Positions 8,452-17,020 of a stretch of 20,000 nucleotides of DNA are shown piece by piece; within the stretch, counting starts at the first letter, position 1, and every line of letters begins with the position of its first letter. Source of the stretch: an uncultured virus (IMG/VR IMGVR_UViG_2061766007_000813) (Duplodnaviria > Heunggongvirae > Uroviricota > Caudoviricetes); the IMG/VR virus record IMGVR_UViG_2061766007_000813, one strand, 5' to 3'. The notes below the pieces were generated by a model. The model was given only the letters and a program-made list of their open reading frames with translations, ran no database searches and was not told where the DNA came from. A program made the position numbers and the translations under genes.

Positions 8452-9102
8452 ATGATAGTCTTATGCGGAGTCGGAATCGATTATTTCCTGTATGCCATAG
8501 GTGCATTTCATTCGTCTTTTCAAAAGGATTTAAGGAGATGCATAGATTGCAGGGTGGCGACTTGTGATGAAAGCAACAGCAAAATTGTCAAATTCGCGCT
8601 CAAGCAGTCCGAGCAGGGATGCTTTTCCCTCATCACGTGTCCAGACGAGGACATAAAGGAGAGAATACTGAAAAGCGGGTTGTCTGAGGATGAAATCAAG
8701 GTGATATATGCCAAGGGGAAGATGTTAAACGTGATATCAGACATTGTTGGCATTTCAGCTATTGACATGAAAAAACAGGGAAAGGAGCTTCTCGACGATG
8801 CGAAGAAACACGGATGGGGTATGGTCGGAATTGACGGCGATGATTACTCCATGCATGATTTGTATCGTGACATAAGAGGCAAGTGCGGTCTGCATTGCTG
8901 TGGATGCGGAAAGGACGTGTCAGACAACACCAACTACTTCATGCTCCACGACGAGCTTTGGAGGAAAATCTGCAAGCAGGGAGAGAGGAACGAAACCGAT
9001 GTGCTGTGCAAGCGGTGCTGTGAACTGATTCTCGGTCGGAAGCTCACGAGGAAGGACTTGAACGACGCGCCTATAAATCTTTATCTGAAAAACTGGAAAT
9101 AA
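8452..9102 (+). CDS. Hypothetical protein with C-terminal Zn-finger-like domain
   Basis: SD aaggag. The C-terminus CCGCGKD...YFMLHDELW...LCKRCCELILGRKL has two CxxC pairs. Confidence 0.8.
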   Translation: MIVLCGVGIDYFLYAIGAFHSSFQKDLRRCIDCRVATCDESNSKIVKFALKQSEQGCFSLITCPDEDIKERILKSGLSEDEIKVIYAKGKMLNVISDIVGISAIDMKKQGKELLDDAKKHGWGMVGIDGDDYSMHDLYRDIRGKCGLHCCGCGKDVSDNTNYFMLHDELWRKICKQGERNETDVLCKRCCELILGRKLTRKDLNDAPINLYLKNWK

Positions 9103-9104
9103 CC

Positions 9105-9752
9105 ATGAAAGCTGATTGGGAAAAATTGCATTCCTTATATTATAAGGAAAAGAAATGCGGTGATTTATGTTGCCATAACACAATGTTCCTTACGGATGAC
9201 ATAATCGACCTCGTTGATTTCTCGAAGGATTATGACACCATTGCGAAAATCATGAAGGACAACAGGCTGTTCTATTCGGAACTGGCTTATTCATCCCCTT
9301 CCTACAGGAAATATTATCACAATGTACTGAATGATTGTAGTTGCAGTGATGAAGAAACGAGCGAAAAACTAAAGCAATTGGAACATAATTTTGAAGAAGA
9401 ATTTCAAAGCGATTCGCTTTATATATTTGAGACGGTAAGTAATTTGGCGAAAATCAAAAAGGATGTGAATAAAAAAGAAATAAAAAGAAAAATGTACACG
9501 GGCTTTGACTTTAAGCTCATGGACGTGACAATCGGTCAGATAATGGATGCGCATATTCTGAAACGGCAATATGAGGATTCCTTCTTTCATGTCAATTTCA
9601 AGTATTCCATCCTATGTGTGATTGGAGTGATTCTGGATGGCTACATAGATTCATTCCACGACCTCGACAGGTTGGACAGAGCCAGATACAAACTGGATGT
9701 GCGTCTGGATGAGGAAACAAATTCATACAAACCATACAGTTTCTTACAATGA
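9105..9752 (+). CDS. Hypothetical protein
   Basis: 215-aa ORF tightly packed between neighbours, with an ATGA overlap into the next gene. Confidence 0.8.
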   Translation: MKADWEKLHSLYYKEKKCGDLCCHNTMFLTDDIIDLVDFSKDYDTIAKIMKDNRLFYSELAYSSPSYRKYYHNVLNDCSCSDEETSEKLKQLEHNFEEEFQSDSLYIFETVSNLAKIKKDVNKKEIKRKMYTGFDFKLMDVTIGQIMDAHILKRQYEDSFFHVNFKYSILCVIGVILDGYIDSFHDLDRLDRARYKLDVRLDEETNSYKPYSFLQ

Positions 9753-10435
9753 ACAGGAAAAAACTGCACAGCTTGCTGGTGAAGAAAAAGAAAGAGAGAG
9801 ACTTCGATTCCTCGTATCGGAACTTGAACTGCGTCAGATTGCCAGACGACCCAAGCAAGATAATCGACTGCACCCCAGAGGGGAACTACGAGAACTTCAA
9901 ACATGTCGTCAACGGCGATTCCCTTGTGTATGCAGAACCAATACAGTCAACCCCTTTTGATGGATACAGGATTGCCAAAGGATTCGAGCCTTCTCCGAAA
10001 AGTAGATTCGTCTATGATGACGACGGGCTTAAAAGGATGATGAAGAGCATGGAGGGAATGGAAATCATCCGATACGACGAATACGGGGAATATGACGATA
10101 AATTGATAGGAAAGGTATGCGACGTATGGCTGTTGCCACAAATCCATGCAGGGAGGACATATCGTGTCCTTTGCATGCTGGCATGGCTGAAATGCGGATT
10201 CATGGAGAATTGCGGTTGGAGGAAAATGTGCTACAGGGTTTTTACGTTCGGGCAAACATGTTGCACATGTGGTGCGAAATCCCCGCACTCCACATGTTCT
10301 CATATGAAAGACGGAGTAAGAATAGCCCATATTGACCAGATTGACGCATGCGGTGGTCTGTATGTGTCACAATATGATAGAAATTCAGTGCTTCCTCGTG
10401 AATATGCAAACATGTGTAGTTTAAGGTATATATAA
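9749..10435 (+). CDS. Paralog family A member 1 (CTPxGxYxNFxH motif; C-terminal CCxCG...CxH; possible degenerate prohead-protease fold)
   Basis: Shares IIDCTPEGNYENFKHVVNGDSLVYAEPIQSTPF, IGKVCD and CCTCG...CSHM with 10437-11090 and 12162-12872. Confidence 0.85.
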   Translation: MNRKKLHSLLVKKKKERDFDSSYRNLNCVRLPDDPSKIIDCTPEGNYENFKHVVNGDSLVYAEPIQSTPFDGYRIAKGFEPSPKSRFVYDDDGLKRMMKSMEGMEIIRYDEYGEYDDKLIGKVCDVWLLPQIHAGRTYRVLCMLAWLKCGFMENCGWRKMCYRVFTFGQTCCTCGAKSPHSTCSHMKDGVRIAHIDQIDACGGLYVSQYDRNSVLPREYANMCSLRYI

Positions 10436-10436
10436 A

Positions 10437-11090
10437 ATGAAAAATATAGAATCATTTCATGAACAATACATAAGGAAGAAGAAACAGCCTTATGAGAAGA
10501 CGGAGAAGTACGATATCTGGAATGCGTTTCCAATCGACAATCCAATTGAAATAGTGGACTGCACTCCTGACGGTAATTACGACAACTTCAAGCATATTGT
10601 CGGAGGAGACCAGTTGCTTTACTGCGAATTCGCCAATTCGACTCCGTTTGAAGAGCATTCCATTTCCAAAGAATGCGAGCAGATGGTATATCTTAATTCA
10701 AAGATAAACTGCGCATTCGGAATGGATGACATCGACCTGATGAAAAATGATGTCATCGGGAAGTCACTTTGGAAGAACCAGTTCCAAGTCGGATATCCGA
10801 ATTGTAAAATAGGGGATGTGGTGGATGCCGACACAATCGACGACACATGGGACGGGATTCCGTACAGGTCTGTCGCCATCCTGTGCTGGACATCATACAA
10901 GGATATGAAAAGATACATGAACGAGAAACTGGGAATGACCTACCTCGGATTCAACTTGTTGGTCTCGAACGAAATATGCTGTGAATGCGGTGAGTCGTTC
11001 AAAAACGGGTATACATGCGACCATATCAAGAAACGCGGGCTTGAGATAGTCAAGTTCGCACAATTGAAAGGATTTGCATATGTCAACTAG
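10437..11090 (+). CDS. Paralog family A member 2
   Basis: IVDCTPDGNYDNFKHIVGGDQLLYCEFANSTPF, IGDVVDAD, CCECG...CDHI. Confidence 0.85.
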   Translation: MKNIESFHEQYIRKKKQPYEKTEKYDIWNAFPIDNPIEIVDCTPDGNYDNFKHIVGGDQLLYCEFANSTPFEEHSISKECEQMVYLNSKINCAFGMDDIDLMKNDVIGKSLWKNQFQVGYPNCKIGDVVDADTIDDTWDGIPYRSVAILCWTSYKDMKRYMNEKLGMTYLGFNLLVSNEICCECGESFKNGYTCDHIKKRGLEIVKFAQLKGFAYVN

Positions 11091-11315
11091 GAGGAAATAT
11101 GAGAAAAGGAGAATGTATATATGTATGCGATGCCTGCGCACGTAAGTGCAGAGTGATGCTGAAGGATTCTAACAATCCGACNNNNNNNNNNTGCACATTT
11201 GAGAGGATTTGCATATGTCGAATAGGAGGAAATATGAAAAAAGGAGAATGTATATATGTATGCGATGCATGCGCACGTAAGTGCAGAGTGATGTTGAAGG
11301 ATGCTGACAATCCGA
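11058..11315 (+). repeat. ~123-nt near-duplicate across an N-gap (11058-11180 vs 11193-11315), probably strain variants
   Basis: Same sequence at offset 135 with scattered substitutions, separated by a 10-N scaffold gap. Confidence 0.85.
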
Positions 11316-11668
11316 TTGCGTGTCTTTATGATTCGTCGTTGAATCCAGAATGGAAAAAGGATGACAAGCCAGAATTCGAGAAGGATGACCAGTGGAGGCA
11401 ACCTTACTACGATGACGACGAGTATATTGAAAAACTGACGGACGAGCAGAAGACTGAAATCATCAAGAACCATTTCGACTGCAAGATGCAGGCTGGATGC
11501 CCGTGCTTCCTTGACAGCGAATACAAGTGCGCCGAATGGAAGGCGTACTGCGAACTGACTGGTTCTGACGGTTCGGATTTCGAGTTTGACGATTGTTGGT
11601 TCAGGAGCAACGAGCATCGTTGCCTGACGGATTATGTATTGTGGAAAATGAAAAAGGGACAAAAATGA
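11234..11668 (+). CDS. Cys-rich hypothetical protein (~144 aa)
   Basis: SD aggagg. The 11099 start in the ORF track is the duplicated copy before the gap. ATGA overlap with the next gene. Confidence 0.75.
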   Translation: MKKGECIYVCDACARKCRVMLKDADNPIACLYDSSLNPEWKKDDKPEFEKDDQWRQPYYDDDEYIEKLTDEQKTEIIKNHFDCKMQAGCPCFLDSEYKCAEWKAYCELTGSDGSDFEFDDCWFRSNEHRCLTDYVLWKMKKGQK

Positions 11669-11910
11669 AAAACGAAAAATTGAAGAGAAGTTTTGAAGTC
11701 TGCAAGCAATGCGAGCATTATTCAAATGAGTTCAAGACATTGTTCTGTGGTGACAAGGTGTTCATGGCATGTGAAATTGATGCATTCGCTCCAAGAAACG
11801 GAGAGATAATCGTGAAAATCGCCAGCAACAAGTCTGAATACCAGAAATATCTCGTTCCGAAGGAATGTCCTTGCTGGACAGACCAGTGTATTGCGAACTG
11901 GAACAAGTAA
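11665..11910 (+). CDS. Small Cys-rich protein, paralog family B member 1
   Basis: CKQCEHY...MAC...EYQKYLVPKECPCWTDQCIANWN. Confidence 0.75.
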   Translation: MKNEKLKRSFEVCKQCEHYSNEFKTLFCGDKVFMACEIDAFAPRNGEIIVKIASNKSEYQKYLVPKECPCWTDQCIANWNK

Positions 11911-11917
11911 AATAAGT

Positions 11918-12235
11918 ATGACGGAACCTGTTTTAAGGAGAATAGGGCTTTGCAGGAAATGCGTGTGGTTCACGGACGGAGAGGCATATGCTTTTCTCCG
12001 CAACATCAATTCAATGCATTCATTTATCTGCATGCTGGATTCAAGCGTTGAGCACAATGGTTTGATATTCCCTAAAATCACAGGTGACGAAGACGAATAC
12101 GCCACCTACGAAGTGCCGAAGGAATGTCCTTACTGGGCAGAGCAGTGCATGGAGAACTGGAATGAAAAAAACAAGACATCAGATGGATGCCAGACCATTC
12201 CACGAAATGCTTCTGGAAAAGAGGGGGATGCTTGA
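11918..12235 (+). CDS. Small Cys-rich protein, paralog family B member 2
   Basis: CRKCVWF...FIC...EYATYEVPKECPYWAEQCMENWN. Confidence 0.75.
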   Translation: MTEPVLRRIGLCRKCVWFTDGEAYAFLRNINSMHSFICMLDSSVEHNGLIFPKITGDEDEYATYEVPKECPYWAEQCMENWNEKNKTSDGCQTIPRNASGKEGDA

Positions 12236-12872
12236 CAAGTCTGAGATAGACGCGAAGAAGCATCCGTACAATAGCTTTGTCTTCCAAGACCCAACTTTAA
12301 TCCTGAACTGCACTCCTGACGGGGGATATGAGAATTTCCAGCATATTGTCGGAGGAGATTGCCTTGTCTATGGGGAAATCATGAATTCCACTCCGATACA
12401 AAGGCATCACACGGTGCTTGACGAACATGTTCCGCTTGTACGGAAGTGCTACAATACAGGAAACGTATTTAGCAAGACTGGGATAAACACGGCGTACCGA
12501 AAAATCATCGGTATACCGATATACATGTGGGATTTCCTCATGTCGAAGCACCGTGAAGTCGGAAAAGTAGTCGATTCGGCGATTTTCCGCGACACATATT
12601 GCGACGAGGTGTATTTTACCTGTTGCATCCTGTGTTGGATTTCACAACATGATGTGGATGTGGTAAAGAACAGGCTTGACCTGCTAACAATATGCCCTAT
12701 CTTCGACATATCAAGAAGGGTATGCTGTTATTGCGGTACGACTTATTATTCTGGAGCAAGCCACGAGTACATAGGTTCCATGTGCAGGCACATGTCCCCG
12801 TTCAACGACGATTCCCTGAATGTCGTGTCGGTCGATTATGTCTGTAATCTCGTCATTTCAAAAAGAATCTGA
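12162..12872 (+). CDS. Paralog family A member 3
   Basis: ILNCTPDGGYENFQHIVGGDCLVYGEIMNSTPI, YNTGNVF, VGKVVDS, CCYCG...CRHM. Start is ATG 12162 (SD ggag) or 12183. Confidence 0.85.
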   Translation: MKKTRHQMDARPFHEMLLEKRGMLDKSEIDAKKHPYNSFVFQDPTLILNCTPDGGYENFQHIVGGDCLVYGEIMNSTPIQRHHTVLDEHVPLVRKCYNTGNVFSKTGINTAYRKIIGIPIYMWDFLMSKHREVGKVVDSAIFRDTYCDEVYFTCCILCWISQHDVDVVKNRLDLLTICPIFDISRRVCCYCGTTYYSGASHEYIGSMCRHMSPFNDDSLNVVSVDYVCNLVISKRI

Positions 12873-12890
12873 AAAATTTGCTTCTACGAC

Positions 12891-12931
12891 TTGAATTTTT
12901 CAAAACTCGGCATATATTAAAGGTAAAAGCA
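12891..12931 (+). promoter_or_regulatory. Putative sigma70-like phage promoter
   Basis: TTGAAT-N16-TATATT followed by A-AAG-GTAAAAGCA; matches the 8381 element. Confidence 0.55.
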
Positions 12932-12955
12932 AATCATATACAAAGGAGTGTAAAA

Positions 12956-13644
12956 ATGGGACTTGAAACACATGTTACGGTAAAAGTAGAGTGCGACGAC
13001 TGGTATCCCCTTGAGGATATGCTGTCCATAATTCGCGGGGAGCAACCGTTTGCTGCGGAAATCGAGCCGTACTTCTTCATTCCAATCGAGGAGAAAAAGG
13101 ACTTGTACACTGGAAATGGTGCCGTGAGGCGGAGTTCCTATCAGAAGAAGAACGGTAAGACGATGTACGTCATGGAGCTTCATGGCGAGGCGCAACACCT
13201 GTCTGTCGTGAACTGGTTCATCATTCCTGTCGGCGAATTGGAAAAGGCGTACAAGGAAAACAGGGAATGGGAAGGGAACGAAGGCTTTTTCATCAAAGCC
13301 ATTCCAATCGGAAAGGAATTCAGAATCACCTGCGAAAGCCACGGGGTTGAAAACCTTGACAACCACAAGATTTCCATGAAATACACTCCGAAAGGCAAGA
13401 TGGAGAACAGGGTGAAGCTCGTTGTTGACGGGAAGGAAGTCAAGGACAACGGCNNNNNNNNNNTATTCCAATCGGAAAGGAATTCAGAATCACCTGCGAA
13501 AGCCACGGGATTGAAAACCTTGACAACCACAAGATTTCCCTGAAATACACTCCGAAAGGCAAGATGAAGAACAGGGTGAAGCTCGTTGTTGACGGGAATG
13601 AAGTCAAGGACAACGGCTTTTATGTGGATTTCAACGAAAAATAA
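12956..13644 (+). CDS. Hypothetical protein; 3' part present twice across an N-gap (likely true end ...KDNGFYVDFNEK*)
   Basis: SD aaggag before ATG 12956. 13301-13453 is repeated at 13465-13617, and the second copy continues to TAA at 13642-13644. Confidence 0.75.
13301..13617 (+). repeat. 153-nt near-duplicate across an N-gap (strain variants)
   Basis: Offset 164, 4 substitutions (V/I, M/L, E/K, K/N). Confidence 0.9.
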
Positions 13645-13662
13645 CATATAAGGAAAGGACGC

Positions 13663-14493
13663 ATGCCAAACGATTTTGAATTCGGTTTCTCAAAGAACCA
13701 CATGATTTTCTCTGCTTGCAAGGACTGCCAGTGCTTCAGGGCATTCTGCTTTGATTCCAATAACGGATATGCCTGTTCAAGAGGGAGCGTCGGTGATTAT
13801 TTCATCCCGTTCGATTATCCGCTTGCCGACAAGGAACAAAAGAAAAATATGATTCTGAAGTATCAGAAAAATGACTTGCCAAATGGCTCTGAAAAGGATT
13901 CAGACCCGTGCGTATTCCATACGCAGTGCGCGATGCTGAATGTTATGGAAGACGAGGATGCCATCGACGAGATTCTCGCCAACGAATATGAAGCGATTGA
14001 GCAGAAAGCGAGCAAAATCGATTTTTCCGACCCTATGTTCGAGCATATCGCGAAGCTCGACCCGAATTTCAAAGAATGGTGCAAGAAGACCAAGAATGCG
14101 ACCGTGGCGATGTTGAAGAAAGATGGCAAGACCTGCGGATGCGTCTGCCTTGATGTCGAGAAGAACGAGGATTATTCATGGATTCTTCCTGCTCCTCCTA
14201 CAAAGCATTATTTCCAGAAAGACGAGACGCGCCTCGGCATCACGAAATTCGTGGTTGACGACACGATTCCGAATGCCATGCGGTTGCTGATTGCATTGGC
14301 TTACAAGCGAGCCGTGGTTGAAAACGTGGACGAGATTTACGCGGTCGTCGGTTCGAGCGCAATGGAAAAGTTCGCTCTCAACGGATTCCACGGAATTGGA
14401 TACAAATACGGTGGTTCTGGCGCGGATGACGATGATGCAGAGGGTGCATATGTCGTCGTGAAGAAACTCAAGGATTTGCTTGAAGGAGAATAA
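13663..14493 (+). CDS. Family-B-like Cys-rich N-terminal domain fused to a GNAT-like acetyltransferase domain
   Basis: N-terminus CKDCQCF...YAC...PCVFHTQCAM. C-terminus IDFSDPMFEHI..LDPNFKEW...RLGITKFVV...AVVENVDEIY resembles, from memory, the 'DPFFDSL..DY..F..W...LKIGTFKV...VDEIYVT' GNAT family. Confidence 0.65.
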   Translation: MPNDFEFGFSKNHMIFSACKDCQCFRAFCFDSNNGYACSRGSVGDYFIPFDYPLADKEQKKNMILKYQKNDLPNGSEKDSDPCVFHTQCAMLNVMEDEDAIDEILANEYEAIEQKASKIDFSDPMFEHIAKLDPNFKEWCKKTKNATVAMLKKDGKTCGCVCLDVEKNEDYSWILPAPPTKHYFQKDETRLGITKFVVDDTIPNAMRLLIALAYKRAVVENVDEIYAVVGSSAMEKFALNGFHGIGYKYGGSGADDDDAEGAYVVVKKLKDLLEGE

Positions 14494-14496
14494 CAA

Positions 14497-14727
14497 ATGG
14501 TCAAATTCAGATGGCATCGCGGACTGCTCGAAGATTCCCTTGCTACGGCGGTGAAGTTGAAGAACAAGGATGAAATCGAGAAACTCATCAAACACGAGTA
14601 CAGGAAGTGGGGCGAGACGAAATTCAAGTTCACATACGACTACATCGGATTCGATGAGCGTTGCGGATGGAATACATGGTATGTCTGCCTGAACGGGAAG
14701 TGCGTAGGCATGGCTGAACTGGAATGA
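14497..14727 (+). CDS. Small hypothetical phage protein
   Basis: SD aaggag; 76 aa with FRWHRGLL...FDERCGWNTWYV. Confidence 0.75.
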   Translation: MVKFRWHRGLLEDSLATAVKLKNKDEIEKLIKHEYRKWGETKFKFTYDYIGFDERCGWNTWYVCLNGKCVGMAELE

Positions 14728-14733
14728 ATCATC

Positions 14734-15099
14734 TTACCAATGGCTCTTCCCGAACTGTTGGACGACTCGGTACACAAGCCATGCTTTCCAAGACGGATAA
14801 CCGCACTCGATGAGTGCTTCTCGATACCAGGCATCGGCTTCTTCTCGTGTCATCACATGATTGTCGTACAGCCAGTCATGGCAGACGGAGGCATGAAGTG
14901 TGACAGGACTGAATTGCGGGGATATGAACGACCACAGGCAACGCGGGACGGACATCCCGTTGCTGGTGTATCCAGTTTCCACGATGTAAACGCAGTCTTT
15001 CACGACGAACAGCAACGGACTGTCCAATACAATAACGTAGTCGTTGTTGTTATTCTTCTTAAAATGGAATTTGATGTTTTTTCTATATATGCTTGGCAT
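14734..15099 (-). CDS. DUF1353-family protein
   Basis: GYTSNGMSVPRCLW...ASVCHDWLY...TREEADAWY...VYRVVQQFG matches the DUF1353 pattern. SD ggagg. Confidence 0.85.
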   Translation of the reverse strand: MPSIYRKNIKFHFKKNNNNDYVIVLDSPLLFVVKDCVYIVETGYTSNGMSVPRCLWSFISPQFSPVTLHASVCHDWLYDNHVMTREEADAWYREALIECGYPSWKAWLVYRVVQQFGKSHW

Positions 15100-15151
15100 G
15101 TATTTTCAACCTCCAATTAGATTCGGATTATAAACAAAAGGAGAAATCAGG

Positions 15152-15634
15152 ATGTTCATGAGAAAAGACTATGTGAAAGGCGAAGATGCTTGGAATGATT
15201 ATTTCTTCAATTTGTGCGAGGCGATTTCGCAGAAGTCGAAAGACCCGTCCACAAAAGTCGGTGCGGTGATTGTCAATTCAGGTCACAGCATCGTGTCGAC
15301 GGGTTATAATGGTTTTCCGATTGGCGTGGATGATAAGAATGACAAACGGTACGAGCGTCCAGAAAAATATACGTGGACATGCCATGCCGAAGAAAATGCG
15401 ATTGCATTCGCTGCGAGAAACGGGATTGCCACGAACGGGACGACGCTTTACTGCAACAGGCTTCCGTGCTGTGCCAAATGCACACGCCTTGCGATTCAGG
15501 CTGGAATCAGGGAATTCGTCGTGCTGTGCGACGTGGATGACGAGACTTTGAAACGTTGGGAACAGGAAAATGACATCGGCAACATGATGATTTCCGAATC
15601 TGGCGCGTCCATGACGATTTACAGGAAGAGATAA
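15152..15634 (+). CDS. dCMP deaminase (ComEB/Dcd-type Zn deaminase)
   Basis: SKDPSTKVGAVIV, STGYNG, HAEENAI, PCCAKC. Confidence 0.95.
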   Translation: MFMRKDYVKGEDAWNDYFFNLCEAISQKSKDPSTKVGAVIVNSGHSIVSTGYNGFPIGVDDKNDKRYERPEKYTWTCHAEENAIAFAARNGIATNGTTLYCNRLPCCAKCTRLAIQAGIREFVVLCDVDDETLKRWEQENDIGNMMISESGASMTIYRKR

Positions 15635-15667
15635 GGCAATTGGTCAAATGTGACAAAGGAGATTTAC

Positions 15668-16237
15668 ATGAAAGAAGAAGTCAAAATCGCATTGTCTGGA
15701 ATCCAAAAATTTGTCAATAACAATCTAGACATGAAAAAATTTGTCGATTTATTGGCTAAAATCATTGTCAATTGTGATGCTACCACGATAAATCTGGCGA
15801 AAATTTTTTGTACTCACGATAAGATGCAACGGTTTCTGCCAATGTTTCTTAATACAAATGAGCAAAAATGGCTTATCACACAATATGAATTTCTACAGCA
15901 AATGGAAATGTCCATTAACGGTGCAGGAAAGCTTCAACTTGTCAATATGATATTTCAAGATGTTGACCGTAAAAATAAAGTATATCAATTGAAACGTATA
16001 TTTCTTCTCAAAGACGGAAAGAGTGAAGAAGAGTTAATTGATTATATCAAGAATGATATGCTTGCGGATGACATTGAGCTTTTAACGAGAATTGATATTA
16101 AGAATCTCACATGGGCGGATATGGTTCTCATTGTAGAATCTATTATGAAACATGGTCGATTGGATGAATCTTTGCTATTCCGTTACGAACTTGAAGACAA
16201 AATTGTAAGTAATACACCAGTCACTATTTGGAAATAA
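15668..16237 (+). CDS. Hypothetical protein (AT-rich)
   Basis: SD aaggag before ATG 15668; ~189-aa open frame. Confidence 0.75.
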   Translation: MKEEVKIALSGIQKFVNNNLDMKKFVDLLAKIIVNCDATTINLAKIFCTHDKMQRFLPMFLNTNEQKWLITQYEFLQQMEMSINGAGKLQLVNMIFQDVDRKNKVYQLKRIFLLKDGKSEEELIDYIKNDMLADDIELLTRIDIKNLTWADMVLIVESIMKHGRLDESLLFRYELEDKIVSNTPVTIWK

Positions 16238-16286
16238 ACGCAAAGAAGACGTATCCATGATGGATATAAAAAATTCCTAATATGAT

Positions 16287-16317
16287 AAAAGCCACAGGCA
16301 ACTACCTGTGGCTTTTT
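16287..16317. terminator. Bidirectional terminator
   Basis: aaaagccacagg-caacta-cctgtggctttt between convergent genes. Confidence 0.85.
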
Positions 16318-16322
16318 CATTG

Positions 16323-16961
16323 TCAGAAGTTGTCTTCGATGAACAGGGCTTTCACCTTGCCTTCGAATGTCACGAAGTCGCATTTAGGATACGGCATGAA
16401 CTTCCCCATGAAAATCTCCGCGTTCTGGCTTCCTCCATTGTCATCATCGAGCCATTTATTATATCGCCATTCCGAGGCTTCTTCATAGGATGTGAATTTC
16501 TCAGCATATACGCATGTTTTTTCCGAGAACACGTCAATGATTCGCTTGAACCCATCCTTGCATAATGCAATGATGAAAGAATGAGTCGGATAATGAGGAG
16601 GTCTGTCGGAACGGATGTAATAGCATTTGTGGTCAATTCCTTCCTTTTCAAGCATCGCATCGACGAATACGGATGCGTCGTGGCACATACCGCATTTATG
16701 TTTCCAGAATTCGGAAGGCGACTGGATATAGATGTCATGACCGTCCTTTTCGTCCATCACGGCTATGCTTTTTGTGCTTGAGCCATCCGTATAATAGCAT
16801 CCGTATTCGAATTTGGACAATTGCCTTAGAAAGAAATCGACGACACGGCTGAACATGACTTTTTCGCCAGCCGTCCTTTCACCATAATCGGGCTTTGACC
16901 GCAACGGGCACGAGCCGAATTCATGGATTTCGTAATTTTGATTTTCTTGACTTTTCTTCAT
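16323..16961 (-). CDS. Transglutaminase-like (Cys-His-Asp) protein
   Basis: QSPSEFWKHKCGMCHD (Cys), PTHSFII (His), IID (Asp), with spacing typical of transglutaminase-like cores. Confidence 0.7.
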   Translation of the reverse strand: MKKSQENQNYEIHEFGSCPLRSKPDYGERTAGEKVMFSRVVDFFLRQLSKFEYGCYYTDGSSTKSIAVMDEKDGHDIYIQSPSEFWKHKCGMCHDASVFVDAMLEKEGIDHKCYYIRSDRPPHYPTHSFIIALCKDGFKRIIDVFSEKTCVYAEKFTSYEEASEWRYNKWLDDDNGGSQNAEIFMGKFMPYPKCDFVTFEGKVKALFIEDNF

Positions 16962-17020
16962 AATGCAACATATTACATAGTATAATTTATATTATACAAT
17001 GGCAAAAATATTAATAAATT

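Noticed and set aside
11058..11315. Tandem duplication of a Zn-finger N-terminus (189-aa ORF at 11099)
   Set aside because: The copies straddle a 10-N scaffold gap and include the upstream gene end and SD, so they are best explained as strain variants joined by the assembler.
13454..13644. Frameshift or pseudogene in the 12956 gene
   Set aside because: The apparent frameshift comes from the arbitrary 10-N gap; both copies are intact in their own frame.
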